A stretch of DNA of 64,000 nucleotides from an uncultured Bacilli bacterium (GTDB lineage: Bacteria > Bacillota_I > Bacilli_A > RFN20 > CAG-826): contig CALWDE010000007.1 of assembly GCA_944376605.1 (NCBI GenBank), positions 23,759 through 87,758 of the forward strand, read 5' to 3'. The translations under genes and the position numbers were made by a program. This document shows, in pieces, positions 26,921 to 36,529 of the stretch; position 1 is the first letter of the stretch, and each line of letters begins with the position of its first letter. Below the pieces are notes generated by a model. It had not been told where the DNA came from and searched no databases. It worked only from the letters and a program-made list of their open reading frames with translations.

Positions 26921-28945
26921 ATGAAAAAATCTAAGTTACTTATACTCTCTGGCGTTGCTGTCCTCTCTCTTGCAGGATGTGGAGGAGAAGGAACTAGCGA
27001 CAGCTCTTTAGATAGTTCTGGCGGAACTAGCACTTCCACCGCAGCACGTTATCTTGAAGTCACCATCGAACATAACACGATTCCTGCTGGCAGCACTTTC
27101 TTTGATGCTGCTAATCCAACTGTTTTATACCATGATAACGGTGAAGTGACCGATTACACCAACTATTCCAACTACGTCACTTTTGAGTTAACCAATCTCG
27201 ACACCAATGAAACCTTTACGGCAGGGGATGCCTTAACTGCTGGCTCTTATGAAGCAACAATTACCTGCCGCAGCCGCACAGATACAGTGGAATTTACTGT
27301 TAGCAATGATACGCCCGAAGCGGCAAGTGAAGGAAACGGCTATAAATCCTATTATCATGATGATTTTGCTGGGCTTGAAGTCAGTGCCCATAACGCTCTT
27401 GGTACGCTTGGCCCAGGTAAGTTCCCTGCTTATGGCACTCCAAAAATGCTCGTTATCCCTGTCATCTTTAGCGACATGGTAGGACAATACGATTTCACAG
27501 AAGCAGAACTTGGTGTCATTGAAGCTGCTTTCTTTGGAGAAGCTAATGAAACAGGATGGGAATCTTTAAAGAGCTATTATCTTAAGAGTTCCTATGGCTT
27601 ATTAGATATTCAGGGGCACGTTGCAGATCCCTATGTGACCTCTCTCACAGTTGCGGAAGCGGATAGGCAAAGCATTGGAGCCAGCCACCAGATTGTAACT
27701 GCTGCAACTAATGACTACTTCACCAAACATCCAAATGAGAGCCGTAGCGATTATGACTATAACGGAGACGGGTTTATTGATGGCGTGAATATCATCTATA
27801 AAACCACCGCGCAAGACACAAGTGAAAATCCGAACGCTTCTGATATTTGGTGGAACTACACCACCGTTATCGATCCAAATGGTACCACTGCCAATGTAAC
27901 TAGCCCTGTTGCCAATCGTTATTTCTGGAGCGAATACGATATGATTCGTTCTGGCTACTATGAGCCAAATATCGATGCGCACACCATCATCCATGAAAAT
28001 GGTCACTTAATGGGTATTAGTGACTACTATTCTTATGACAGAGATCCTCAAACGAATGGCGCTTTAGAAGCTGCTGCAGGTTGCTCTGACATGATGGATA
28101 TGAACGTAGGTGACCATAATGGTTACTCCAAGATGCTCTATAACTGGCTTGCTACTGACGACGAGGCAAATGGTGTACATTTAAAGGTTGTAGACGGGTC
28201 TAGTGATAACTTCACAATTACCTTAAATAGTTTCAGTGATACTGGTGATCTTCTCTTAGTGAGAAATACTGTCACCGACACTTGGAATGAAACTCCTTAT
28301 GATGAATATTTAATTCTTCAGTACTACACCCCCACTGGTGTGAATGAAAAAGACTCTTCTGGTTATCCAGAGTGGTCTGGATTAGGAAGCCACGGCGGCA
28401 CTTACGCCAATCCAGGTCTCCAAGTATTCCACGTTGATAATCGACTTGGCGCCCAAGTTGGTACTTATCATACGGAAGGCGGCAGAAACATTATTGATGA
28501 ATCTCACTATGAATATGTCGATGGGATTCAAGATACTGCTGTCTATAACGAAGATGGTACCTTTGTTGGAGCAAGCACAACCTTAACCAGCAATACTGGC
28601 TCTGAAAGTAGAGAAATTATCGATGGTGCACTCCACTCGAATTCTTCTTTCCGTGAACTCTCTGCTATTCTTCCGGGCGGAGTAAATTCTTTAAAAAGTT
28701 CCACCTATTACAACTCCTTTGGTCAAATGGCTAATTTATTCGGCACCAATGAATACGCTGATGAGATTGGTCTTACCGAAAGAGAACGTTATGGCGGAAC
28801 CACCTACAGCAACTACAAGATGAGAGATTTCTATGCAAACGACTTGCTTTGGAATGATGGCACGGAGTTTAACTGGAACTTCTCGGTCATTGATCAAACT
28901 GACGATAGCATTACTCTTCATTTTGTTGATCTCTCAGCCATTTAA
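26921..28945 (+). CDS. M6/InhA-like zinc-metalloprotease lipoprotein (paralog 2)
   Basis: Lipobox LAGCGGEG. HENGHLMGISDYYS (HExxHxxGxxD). Colinear similarity to 14816-16429 (IDAHT.IHE.GH, YYTP..NEKD, HVDxR). Confidence 0.6.
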   Translation: MKKSKLLILSGVAVLSLAGCGGEGTSDSSLDSSGGTSTSTAARYLEVTIEHNTIPAGSTFFDAANPTVLYHDNGEVTDYTNYSNYVTFELTNLDTNETFTAGDALTAGSYEATITCRSRTDTVEFTVSNDTPEAASEGNGYKSYYHDDFAGLEVSAHNALGTLGPGKFPAYGTPKMLVIPVIFSDMVGQYDFTEAELGVIEAAFFGEANETGWESLKSYYLKSSYGLLDIQGHVADPYVTSLTVAEADRQSIGASHQIVTAATNDYFTKHPNESRSDYDYNGDGFIDGVNIIYKTTAQDTSENPNASDIWWNYTTVIDPNGTTANVTSPVANRYFWSEYDMIRSGYYEPNIDAHTIIHENGHLMGISDYYSYDRDPQTNGALEAAAGCSDMMDMNVGDHNGYSKMLYNWLATDDEANGVHLKVVDGSSDNFTITLNSFSDTGDLLLVRNTVTDTWNETPYDEYLILQYYTPTGVNEKDSSGYPEWSGLGSHGGTYANPGLQVFHVDNRLGAQVGTYHTEGGRNIIDESHYEYVDGIQDTAVYNEDGTFVGASTTLTSNTGSESREIIDGALHSNSSFRELSAILPGGVNSLKSSTYYNSFGQMANLFGTNEYADEIGLTERERYGGTTYSNYKMRDFYANDLLWNDGTEFNWNFSVIDQTDDSITLHFVDLSAI

Positions 28946-28954
28946 GGAGATGCA

Positions 28955-30796
28955 ATGAAAAAACCTATTGTACTTATTGCGCTTTCTGCATGCCTTACAC
29001 TCACTTTAGCAGGATGTAATGGTGGAGGAGGAGATACCACCTCCTCTTCCTCCACTCCGATTAGCTCAAGTGAAATCATTGGTGCAGACCGTATTGTTAT
29101 TAACGATGACTGCCCGACACAAATTGCAATTGGTGAACCTTTCAATTTGAGTCAATATGTGGAAGCGACTCCCGCTAATGCTACTCTTTCCTACCGCGCT
29201 ATTACGGAAAATGTAACCGTTACTGCAGAAGGAGTTGTTACTCCTGTTGCTCCTGGGGAATTTGCCGTTATGGTAGAAGCAGGCACTACAAGAAGACGTT
29301 TTGAAGCAGAAGCTGTTTCCCAAAATCTTTTAGATATTCAAGCAGTGCTCTCTACCATTGAGAATAAATATCAAGCAGTAGGCATGATTACAGACGCTTC
29401 TACCTATGAACAAAGTTACATTGATATTAATGTTCATAACGACAATTACTTCTGGTCGTTCGCTCAGCAGGGCGGAATTGTTGCTTTAGGTGACTATAGC
29501 TATCAATACTCCCTTACCTCAGAAATGAGTGATACTGGTGAAATCATCATGACTGACTTAGAAGTTCTTCCTGGAAGATACACAGATTTTAGTAATTTAA
29601 TCTATGGCACACCCCTATCGGATTATTCTGCTTATATCTCAGATATCTTAGATCAAAACGGAAACATCACCGGAACTGTTTCTATCGATAGAGCTGCAGT
29701 AGAAGATTTTGTCTATTATGTTTTTGGTGGAATGCCTCTTTCTACGTTAGAGATGATGGGCGGAATTTATAACGCAAACGGGACCTACACTATTGAACTT
29801 ATCAAAGATGATAACGGCAATACTTTAGGACTTGATGTAGTTGGGAACTCCCCCGCTTTAGGAACCGAATATCTCATTATTGAATTAACTTCCATTGGAG
29901 AAGACGGTTTAGTGGAACCAGTAGAAAGTTATATCGCGTCTGGGAACACTCCTGTAAAACTTGAAAATCCTAACTTAAACGCAAGATTTGCAGAGATAAT
30001 TGCCGATAAGCGTTACAAAATTAGCGCGAATGCTAGTGTTGGTTCTTGGTCGAGTGATGATCTTGACTATCGCTTAGAAAACTGGGAACACTGCCAGGAG
30101 CAAAGCGCAATTAACTACATGTATAACGAATGGGGATTCGAAGAAGGATCTTTCACAAGATATATGAATGAAACTTCTTCTTATTCTTTTGACGCAGAAG
30201 GGAACTTAGAAGCAGTGCTTCCACATGATGGAATCTACTACACGGCAAGAGGAACGGAAACAGATGGCTGGGGAAGCCCAGAACAAACCTTCTCTAGCGA
30301 ATATCCTGATCTCACCATTTGGGATACAGGAATTGGCACAAACGTGAATCTTCCTTCTATTGGAACTATTTTAGTTCCAGCCGGATTAAGTTTAGTAGAT
30401 GCGACACCAACTCTACTTTCTGCAATTGATTACCGGAAAGTAGCTTCAGAAGAAGATGGGTCGATTCGTGCTGTTGCAAGTCCTCTTGGTGATAATGACC
30501 AAGGCGCTTTTGTACAAATTATGCTGAGCCAAATTCCTTTCATTGGTAACTATGCTGCCGCGATGCTTTCTTGTCTAGCTGCCGCTAATGGCGCAGCTAC
30601 TTGGATTGACTTGCTTGATCCAGTGATTCTTACTCTAGATCAAAATGGTGATATCCATGTTCAAGTGTCCATGGACGGATTAGCACTCAATGCTGAACAA
30701 ACTGCTATTTATGGCATGCTCTGGGAATTCACGATTTCTGATGTAGGTGTAGACCAAGTTCCAAGCGATTTGGAAAGTCAGGTATTCCCTGCTTAA
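28955..30796 (+). CDS. surface lipoprotein, family B (paralog of 30921-32909), possible Ig-like N-domain
   Basis: Lipobox LAGCNGGGG. Starts 10 nt after the protease gene behind an AAGGAGA RBS, so it is probably co-transcribed. No catalytic motif recognised. Confidence 0.6.
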   Translation: MKKPIVLIALSACLTLTLAGCNGGGGDTTSSSSTPISSSEIIGADRIVINDDCPTQIAIGEPFNLSQYVEATPANATLSYRAITENVTVTAEGVVTPVAPGEFAVMVEAGTTRRRFEAEAVSQNLLDIQAVLSTIENKYQAVGMITDASTYEQSYIDINVHNDNYFWSFAQQGGIVALGDYSYQYSLTSEMSDTGEIIMTDLEVLPGRYTDFSNLIYGTPLSDYSAYISDILDQNGNITGTVSIDRAAVEDFVYYVFGGMPLSTLEMMGGIYNANGTYTIELIKDDNGNTLGLDVVGNSPALGTEYLIIELTSIGEDGLVEPVESYIASGNTPVKLENPNLNARFAEIIADKRYKISANASVGSWSSDDLDYRLENWEHCQEQSAINYMYNEWGFEEGSFTRYMNETSSYSFDAEGNLEAVLPHDGIYYTARGTETDGWGSPEQTFSSEYPDLTIWDTGIGTNVNLPSIGTILVPAGLSLVDATPTLLSAIDYRKVASEEDGSIRAVASPLGDNDQGAFVQIMLSQIPFIGNYAAAMLSCLAAANGAATWIDLLDPVILTLDQNGDIHVQVSMDGLALNAEQTAIYGMLWEFTISDVGVDQVPSDLESQVFPA

Positions 30797-30818
30797 GAAA
30801 CCGCTTTCATCCAAAATT

Positions 30819-30843
30819 AGGCCCTAAACGGGGCCTTTTTTTG
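30819..30843 (+). terminator. intrinsic terminator
   Basis: AGGCCC-taaacg-GGGCCT hairpin followed by a T8 run. Confidence 0.7.
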
Positions 30844-30920
30844 TAAAAAACAAAAATTTTGGTTGAGATACGTCACAAAGAGGATATAAAGCAAGCATCC
30901 TATGAAAGGAGATTATTTTT

Positions 30921-32909
30921 ATGAATAAAGCGAAAGCATGTGTCTTCGCTCTCTCAGCACTTGCGATTTGTGGCCTCTTATTACCCAGCTGTGATAATGG
31001 TGGCGGCGCAAGTGGAAGTGCTAGCGATACTTCCTCTTCTTCTACTGATTTGCCTGCTCTTGATCCTTCGCAAATTACTTCTATTACCATTAAGGATACG
31101 GCAGAAACAACAGTTGTAATTGGCTCTACCGTAGAAGTTCGTCCAAATATTCAAGTTCGTTTAAGCGGCTCTAGTGAGTCGATTAGCGGCGATGAACGCT
31201 CCTATGCTATGACCCTTACCGCTACTACGCCAAACGTTACTGTGAACAATGATGCTGGAACCTTTACTGTCACTGGTGCAGGAAGCTATGGCGTCCGCAT
31301 CACCATCGGTACAACCAACCGTTTATGGCAAGGAACTGGTATTACACAAACTGCAAAAGAAATGCGTGATTTAAGCGCTTCTCTTTCTGATACCTATCGT
31401 GCACGTCTTTATGTCAGTAATTCTTTAATGCTTCGCGTCTATCACGACACCAACTATGTGCAAATTGAGCAAGCTGGAGCAGATACTTATGGTTTAATCC
31501 GTACTGGCTTAGATCATACCTATGAGTATACGATTGGCAAAAATGGCGAGATTGAAGTGCAACCTGGTCGCTATATGGATTTATCCCAACTTGTTGTGGG
31601 TGTTCCTCTTGCTATTCCTGAAGATGCCATTACAGATGTTGTCGATGATGATGGCAATGTAACTGGGCAAATTATGAGCAACTCCGCATTCTCTGATGTT
31701 GCCTATTACTCCAGCTTACAAGATATTTCTGCTGATGCTTTAGATCAAAGCAATGCTGTTGTTGAACTCAGCACCGTAGAAGCTACCGATAGTGACACCC
31801 TTGGACTTCAAATGGATGTCATGTTCCCCGATAGCACCACTCCGCAGTTCACCCTTATTTTGGACTGCATCAACCAAAAAGATCTTGTTCCTGCTTGCCA
31901 AGATTACATTGATAGCAACGCAGAACCTGCAGCCTTGCATAATGAATCCATTGAAGGGCTTTTAGATAGCATCATTACAAATAAGACCTCTTATACCTTA
32001 ATTGGTTCTTCTTCTGTTGGTTATTTTGATGGTAATGGCTACTGGGTTGATTACGAAGATCCCACTACCATTGCTACCGCTCAAGGCTTTGGCTTTACGG
32101 GTATTGCAGGCGCCGTTAGCTTTGTAACAAGCGATTCTGCTTTCACTTATAACATAGATGGTGATGTTTCTGCCTATCTCCCAAGCGGACAAGATGGTGA
32201 CGAAAATGTCTATGCTGTTACAGGTTCTATCACTCTTCCAACGGAAGAGAATCCCAATATTGATATCAGCACGTTCAAACAAAGCAAAATTGCCGATTCT
32301 GGCATCGATGTTGCTGGCACTGCAACTGCGGATGGTACAAGTGAAGGCATTTGGTCTCCTGGACTTGGTTATAGCTTATCTGCAAACGGTCAAACTTATT
32401 TTGCTCCTGCTCCTATCACAATTGCTGATTTATCTGCAGAAGCTCTCCACAATGTTGACCTTCGTATTAGTGAAGATATCCCAGCCACAGACCAAACTGG
32501 AGCTATTAATGCAACACAACATGTTGCCGTTATGACTCCTTATGGCGATGAAGATCTTGGAAACTTCATTAACATGATTATGGCCAATGTTCCTATGACT
32601 GGTTGGAATGATGCCTTCACCATCACTGGTTTAACCGATAGCACTTATACCTTACCTTGGTATGCTTTCGCGAATGTTGCGCAAATTGTTTATAACGATT
32701 ACGATGCTGCTTCCGAAGCACTTGGTTATTCGGATACCCTCCAATTCTTGTTCACCGTTTCTGGCTTTGGTGCTGCGTTAATTGATGGAGAATATGTGTC
32801 GATGGAACTTTGCTGGAATGTAACCATTACAGACATCGGTTCCACAGAATTACCTGCTGGATTTAAGGATGCGGTGAACTTCTCGAGTGTAACCACTCCT
32901 GCTGCCTAA
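30921..32909 (+). CDS. surface lipoprotein, family B paralog
   Basis: Lipobox LLPSCDNGGG. Aligns with 28955-30796 (RY.D.S.L..G.PL, DG.N.TG.). Confidence 0.6.
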   Translation: MNKAKACVFALSALAICGLLLPSCDNGGGASGSASDTSSSSTDLPALDPSQITSITIKDTAETTVVIGSTVEVRPNIQVRLSGSSESISGDERSYAMTLTATTPNVTVNNDAGTFTVTGAGSYGVRITIGTTNRLWQGTGITQTAKEMRDLSASLSDTYRARLYVSNSLMLRVYHDTNYVQIEQAGADTYGLIRTGLDHTYEYTIGKNGEIEVQPGRYMDLSQLVVGVPLAIPEDAITDVVDDDGNVTGQIMSNSAFSDVAYYSSLQDISADALDQSNAVVELSTVEATDSDTLGLQMDVMFPDSTTPQFTLILDCINQKDLVPACQDYIDSNAEPAALHNESIEGLLDSIITNKTSYTLIGSSSVGYFDGNGYWVDYEDPTTIATAQGFGFTGIAGAVSFVTSDSAFTYNIDGDVSAYLPSGQDGDENVYAVTGSITLPTEENPNIDISTFKQSKIADSGIDVAGTATADGTSEGIWSPGLGYSLSANGQTYFAPAPITIADLSAEALHNVDLRISEDIPATDQTGAINATQHVAVMTPYGDEDLGNFINMIMANVPMTGWNDAFTITGLTDSTYTLPWYAFANVAQIVYNDYDAASEALGYSDTLQFLFTVSGFGAALIDGEYVSMELCWNVTITDIGSTELPAGFKDAVNFSSVTTPAA

Positions 32910-32991
32910 TTCTTTATCTAACTTATTCTTCATTTAAGGATCTCTGGAATAGAGGTCCTTTTTCTTTTCCCCTTTTAGGAAATTCTCTAAA

Positions 32992-33909
32992 ATGAGAAAG
33001 ATGAAACGCAAAAAGAAAGAAGCAGAAATCATATCGCATATTCCCTATCAACATATTCTGATAGCAGGTGCGACTGGATCAATTGGAACAAGCACATCAG
33101 AAGCACTCGCAAGAGCAGGAAAAAGCTTATATTTTTTAGTAAGAAATCTTGAGGCAGGAGCTTCCCTTGCAGAAAAGTGCCTTGCACTTGGGGCAAAAGA
33201 AACTCATGTCTTTTCTTTTGATTACTCTGATCCTTCCAGTATGGAAGTATTTTTAAAGACAGCAAAAGAAAGAAATTTACCTTTAGAAGTTTTTCTAAAT
33301 ATCAGCGGTATTTATCATCAAAAAGAAGATTTCTCCTCGCTTCTTGAAAAAACATACATGATTAACGCTGTACGGCCTTTTCATTTTATAGAAGGGCTTT
33401 GGCAGCAATATCCTTCTCTTACCGTTTTAACGGTCTCAAGTTTAACTGCAGCAAGATATTCTTTAAAAGGAATAGAAATGAATAAGGAAGAAGAATATCT
33501 CACTTATTTCAATGGAGTGAAAAATAAAACGAAACGTTATGCTTTTTCAAAAGCTTTACTTCTTTATGCATTAATGAAAAAGAAGAGAGAAGGAAAAAGA
33601 GTTATTTTTGTTCATCCTGGAGTTACTTGTTCCAACTTATTTCACCCTAAAAATAACGCTTATTCGAAAGCGTTTTACCTTATCGCCCCACCTCTCATGC
33701 GCCTTATCTTCATGAGTCCTAATAAGGCGTGTCTCTCTTTACTGATGGGCCTTAATCCTTCTTATGTGGAAGAAAAAGACTGTTTTTGGATTGCTCCAAG
33801 AGGGTTACTAGAAGCCTGGGGTTATCCAAAAAAACATCCTTTAAAGAAAGTATTTCAAAAAGAGGACACACAGGAAAAGGTATCTTCTTTCTTAGAAAGT
33901 ATCCATTAA
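32992..33909 (+). CDS. short-chain dehydrogenase/reductase (SDR) family oxidoreductase
   Basis: IAGATGSIGTS (TGxxxGxG) Rossmann motif. 305 aa. The track start is uncertain; a downstream Met is possible. Confidence 0.6.
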   Translation: MRKMKRKKKEAEIISHIPYQHILIAGATGSIGTSTSEALARAGKSLYFLVRNLEAGASLAEKCLALGAKETHVFSFDYSDPSSMEVFLKTAKERNLPLEVFLNISGIYHQKEDFSSLLEKTYMINAVRPFHFIEGLWQQYPSLTVLTVSSLTAARYSLKGIEMNKEEEYLTYFNGVKNKTKRYAFSKALLLYALMKKKREGKRVIFVHPGVTCSNLFHPKNNAYSKAFYLIAPPLMRLIFMSPNKACLSLLMGLNPSYVEEKDCFWIAPRGLLEAWGYPKKHPLKKVFQKEDTQEKVSSFLESIH

Positions 33910-33910
33910 T

Positions 33911-34828
33911 ATGAAACGCGTGATTTTGTTTTATTTTACGGGCACTGGGCACACTTTAGCGCTTGCCAAAGAGATAGAGAGAAAAGGAAAAACAGAAGAA
34001 GACTGGGAAGTAACCTATTGGAATATCTTATCTTCGGAGAAGTGTCCATCTTTATCCGGTTTTGATTTTGGAATCATTTGTTATCCTATTTATGCCTTTA
34101 ATGCACCTAAAAAAGTAGATGATTTTATTGCAAAACTCTCTATCCCAAACGCTTTTCCTTTTCTTATCGCAAAGCAAAGTGGTGAACCCTTATGCTGGAA
34201 CAAAGCCTCTTCTTATTACATCCGGCGCAAAATACGAAAAAAGAGAGGGGTTTTGCTTGGAGAATATCATTTTTTATATCCCTATAATATTCATTTTCGT
34301 TATGAAGATGACTTTGTAAAAGAATTACTTATCGCCAATGAAAAGTTAATGCGCGTTATGTTTTGGGATTTAAAAAATAAGCACTCTTCTTATCTAAAAT
34401 ATAATGTACTTTTTGCACTAAACGCTTATGTATTTCGCCTTCAACGCTTAGGAGCCTTTTTAAACTCTTATTTTTATAAAGTAGACGAAGACAAATGTAT
34501 TCATTGTCTAAAATGCGTAAAAGAGTGCCCTGTGCAAAATATCCGTTATGAAAATAACAAATTTCATTTTTCTCATCACTGCCTCATGTGTATGCGTTGT
34601 TCCTTTATGTGTCCGAAGAACGCTATATCGATCGGTCTATTAGAAAAATGGAAGGTAAATGGTCCTTATTCTTTAGAAGGAATTCGAAAAAACGAGGAGC
34701 TTAAGGGAGAATATACAAAATCACACCATAAAGGTTACTATTCCTTCTTTCCGAAATATTTCCAGAAAATTGATGAGATGTTAAAGGAAAGAAAAATGCT
34801 GCCCGAAGGCAGCAATCAGAATAATTAA
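33911..34828 (+). CDS. flavodoxin-like domain fused to a 2x[4Fe-4S] ferredoxin domain
   Basis: N-terminal FYFTGTGHT flavodoxin signature. Two CxxCxxCxxxCP motifs (CIHCLKCVKECP, CLMCMRCSFMCP). Starts 1 nt after the SDR stop. Confidence 0.7.
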   Translation: MKRVILFYFTGTGHTLALAKEIERKGKTEEDWEVTYWNILSSEKCPSLSGFDFGIICYPIYAFNAPKKVDDFIAKLSIPNAFPFLIAKQSGEPLCWNKASSYYIRRKIRKKRGVLLGEYHFLYPYNIHFRYEDDFVKELLIANEKLMRVMFWDLKNKHSSYLKYNVLFALNAYVFRLQRLGAFLNSYFYKVDEDKCIHCLKCVKECPVQNIRYENNKFHFSHHCLMCMRCSFMCPKNAISIGLLEKWKVNGPYSLEGIRKNEELKGEYTKSHHKGYYSFFPKYFQKIDEMLKERKMLPEGSNQNN

Positions 34829-36111
34829 CGTAGTTTTTTGCTCTCTACTTGAAGCATATGCAGTCCGTATTTGCACTTGCTTCTTTCAGAAGGCTTTAAA
34901 GCACGTAAGCGGGTGCTTTGTTCTTGAATATCCTGCAATTTTCTTTCTTTACTAACAAGAGAATTGCTGAGATTCGCCATTAAGATTTTTTCATAGCGGA
35001 GTGCCTCTTTTAAGGCTGGGCTCTCTTCCTTTCCTTTCTTTGTTTGAACTTTAGAAGGAGAAGTTTCTTTTGCTTTTTTTGGAGGATCTTTTTTCTCCTC
35101 TTTCTTAAGGGCAACGCGGTAATCTCTTCTTTTTTCCACAACAAAAGTGGCTTTTTGCAGAGATAATTCTTTTCTCTCTCCAGGAAGAATCTCAAAAGAG
35201 TTAAGCGCCTTATTTAAATCACTTTCCTTAATATTATAAGGTCCATGAACTAAGGGAATATACTCTACCGAATCTGCGCGAATCAGTATATTGGCATCAC
35301 TTGCCGCTTTACGAAGCGCCTCTTCCAAAGTAGGAGCAGTAAAGAAATTTAATGCTGGAACAGCAACTAGAGTGTCCCCTACTTTTAAAGGTTTTGGTAA
35401 AGGATTACGCGGTAAAGGTTTTTCTTTTCCCCGTCCTCTAAGCACTTCAGGAAGAGGATTTTTTCCTTGTTCTTTCCCTCCCTTTCCTGCGTTATCCAGT
35501 GCTTTGTTTCTAACTGTTTCTTCTTTTTGAGTTTCTTTCGCTTTTCCTTGAGGAAGATGACGAGGAGAAAGATTAGAACTTTTCTTTGATGCAGTCTTTT
35601 CTAAAGCGTCTTTAATCGGTGAGATAAATCCCTCTTCTTTAATCGTGAACACTTGAACGGGTATCCCGTGCTGTGATTCCATCTCATTGAGCTTTAAAAG
35701 GTCACGCGCTAATTTTCTATCTTGCGTAATTACCAATACTTTCTTATCTAAGCGGTAACGATTCACCATATTCGTAATCGAATTATCCGCGAAAGTATCT
35801 TTGGTTTTCTTTTCGTGCTCCAATAGCTTAGTACCGCCCATCCCTGCATCTTGCTTTAAGATTTTTAAAGCGCGAATTGCACCAATTCGTTTAACAGGAT
35901 TTGGATCATTTACTTTTTCTTCAAGCTCCGCATTCACTGCACTTAGCAAAACAACGTGTGTGCTAATCTTCCAGTAGTCTTTGGAATTCCATAATCGTTC
36001 CATAAATTCAGGGAATTCCTCTTCCATCAAGGAACAAGTATCCAAGAAGACATAATCGAATAATGCAAGCGATAATCCGAATGCCGAGGATCTTTTTTCC
36101 TCTATGTACAT
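34825..36111 (-). CDS. PIN-like nuclease domain protein with a long basic/Pro-rich disordered region and a C-terminal coiled coil
   Basis: N-terminal ~170 aa have PIN-type acidic residues in order (FLDTCSL, AVNAELEE, TFADNS, VLVITQDRKLA). Followed by a K/E/P-rich low-complexity stretch. AGGAGG RBS. Confidence 0.4.
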   Translation of the reverse strand: MYIEEKRSSAFGLSLALFDYVFLDTCSLMEEEFPEFMERLWNSKDYWKISTHVVLLSAVNAELEEKVNDPNPVKRIGAIRALKILKQDAGMGGTKLLEHEKKTKDTFADNSITNMVNRYRLDKKVLVITQDRKLARDLLKLNEMESQHGIPVQVFTIKEEGFISPIKDALEKTASKKSSNLSPRHLPQGKAKETQKEETVRNKALDNAGKGGKEQGKNPLPEVLRGRGKEKPLPRNPLPKPLKVGDTLVAVPALNFFTAPTLEEALRKAASDANILIRADSVEYIPLVHGPYNIKESDLNKALNSFEILPGERKELSLQKATFVVEKRRDYRVALKKEEKKDPPKKAKETSPSKVQTKKGKEESPALKEALRYEKILMANLSNSLVSKERKLQDIQEQSTRLRALKPSERSKCKYGLHMLQVESKKLR

Positions 36112-36303
36112 AAAATGTTTCTTTCCTCCTTTCTTTCTTATTATCTTATTTTTTGTTTTGTTAGAGAAACTTTTCTTAAATCCGCATTTCTTAAAATAGA
36201 AAAATAAAAATTAATATAATATCGAAATTTGATTTATAGTTTTTTACAAAATGAAAGTTTTTCATAAGAAAGGACTATCAAGTAAATAAACTGAAAGAAT
36301 ATA

Positions 36304-36352
36304 AGCGATTCTATTATTTAGGGTTAGCCGTCGCGGCAATCGCTCTTTTTTT
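36304..36352 (+). terminator. plus-strand terminator-like hairpin + T7 in an intergenic region with no plus-strand gene
   Basis: AGCGATT ... AATCGCT stem with an inner GCCG-tcg-CGGC, followed by TTTTTTT. Confidence 0.35.
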
Positions 36353-36435
36353 CCCTCTTCTTTGGTATTTCACCATTATTCACCTTGTTCTTGTTATCAA
36401 AAAGAAAGAAGAGTAATAACACGAATTATTAACGA

Positions 36436-36470
36436 ATATCCTAGCAAAACTAGGATATTTTTTATTATTT
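36436..36470 (+). terminator. plus-strand intrinsic terminator-like hairpin
   Basis: Perfect ATATCCTAG-caaaa-CTAGGATAT stem followed by TTTTTTATTATTT. Confidence 0.45.
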
Positions 36471-36477
36471 ATATTCT

Positions 36478-36512
36478 ATAAAAAAGACCACCAAGGGGGT
36501 TTTGGTGGTCTT
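36478..36512 (-). terminator. intrinsic terminator of the 1140-aa surface protein gene
   Basis: AAGACCACCAA-gggggtt-TTGGTGGTCTT hairpin with a U6 run on the minus strand. Confidence 0.7.
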
Positions 36513-36529
36513 CCTTATAGAAGTGAGAA

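Noticed and set aside
26659-27039. 126-aa minus-strand ORF overlapping both the 137-aa membrane protein gene and the start of the protease lipoprotein gene
   Set aside because: It overlaps two better-supported genes and spans their shared promoter region. It has no RBS.
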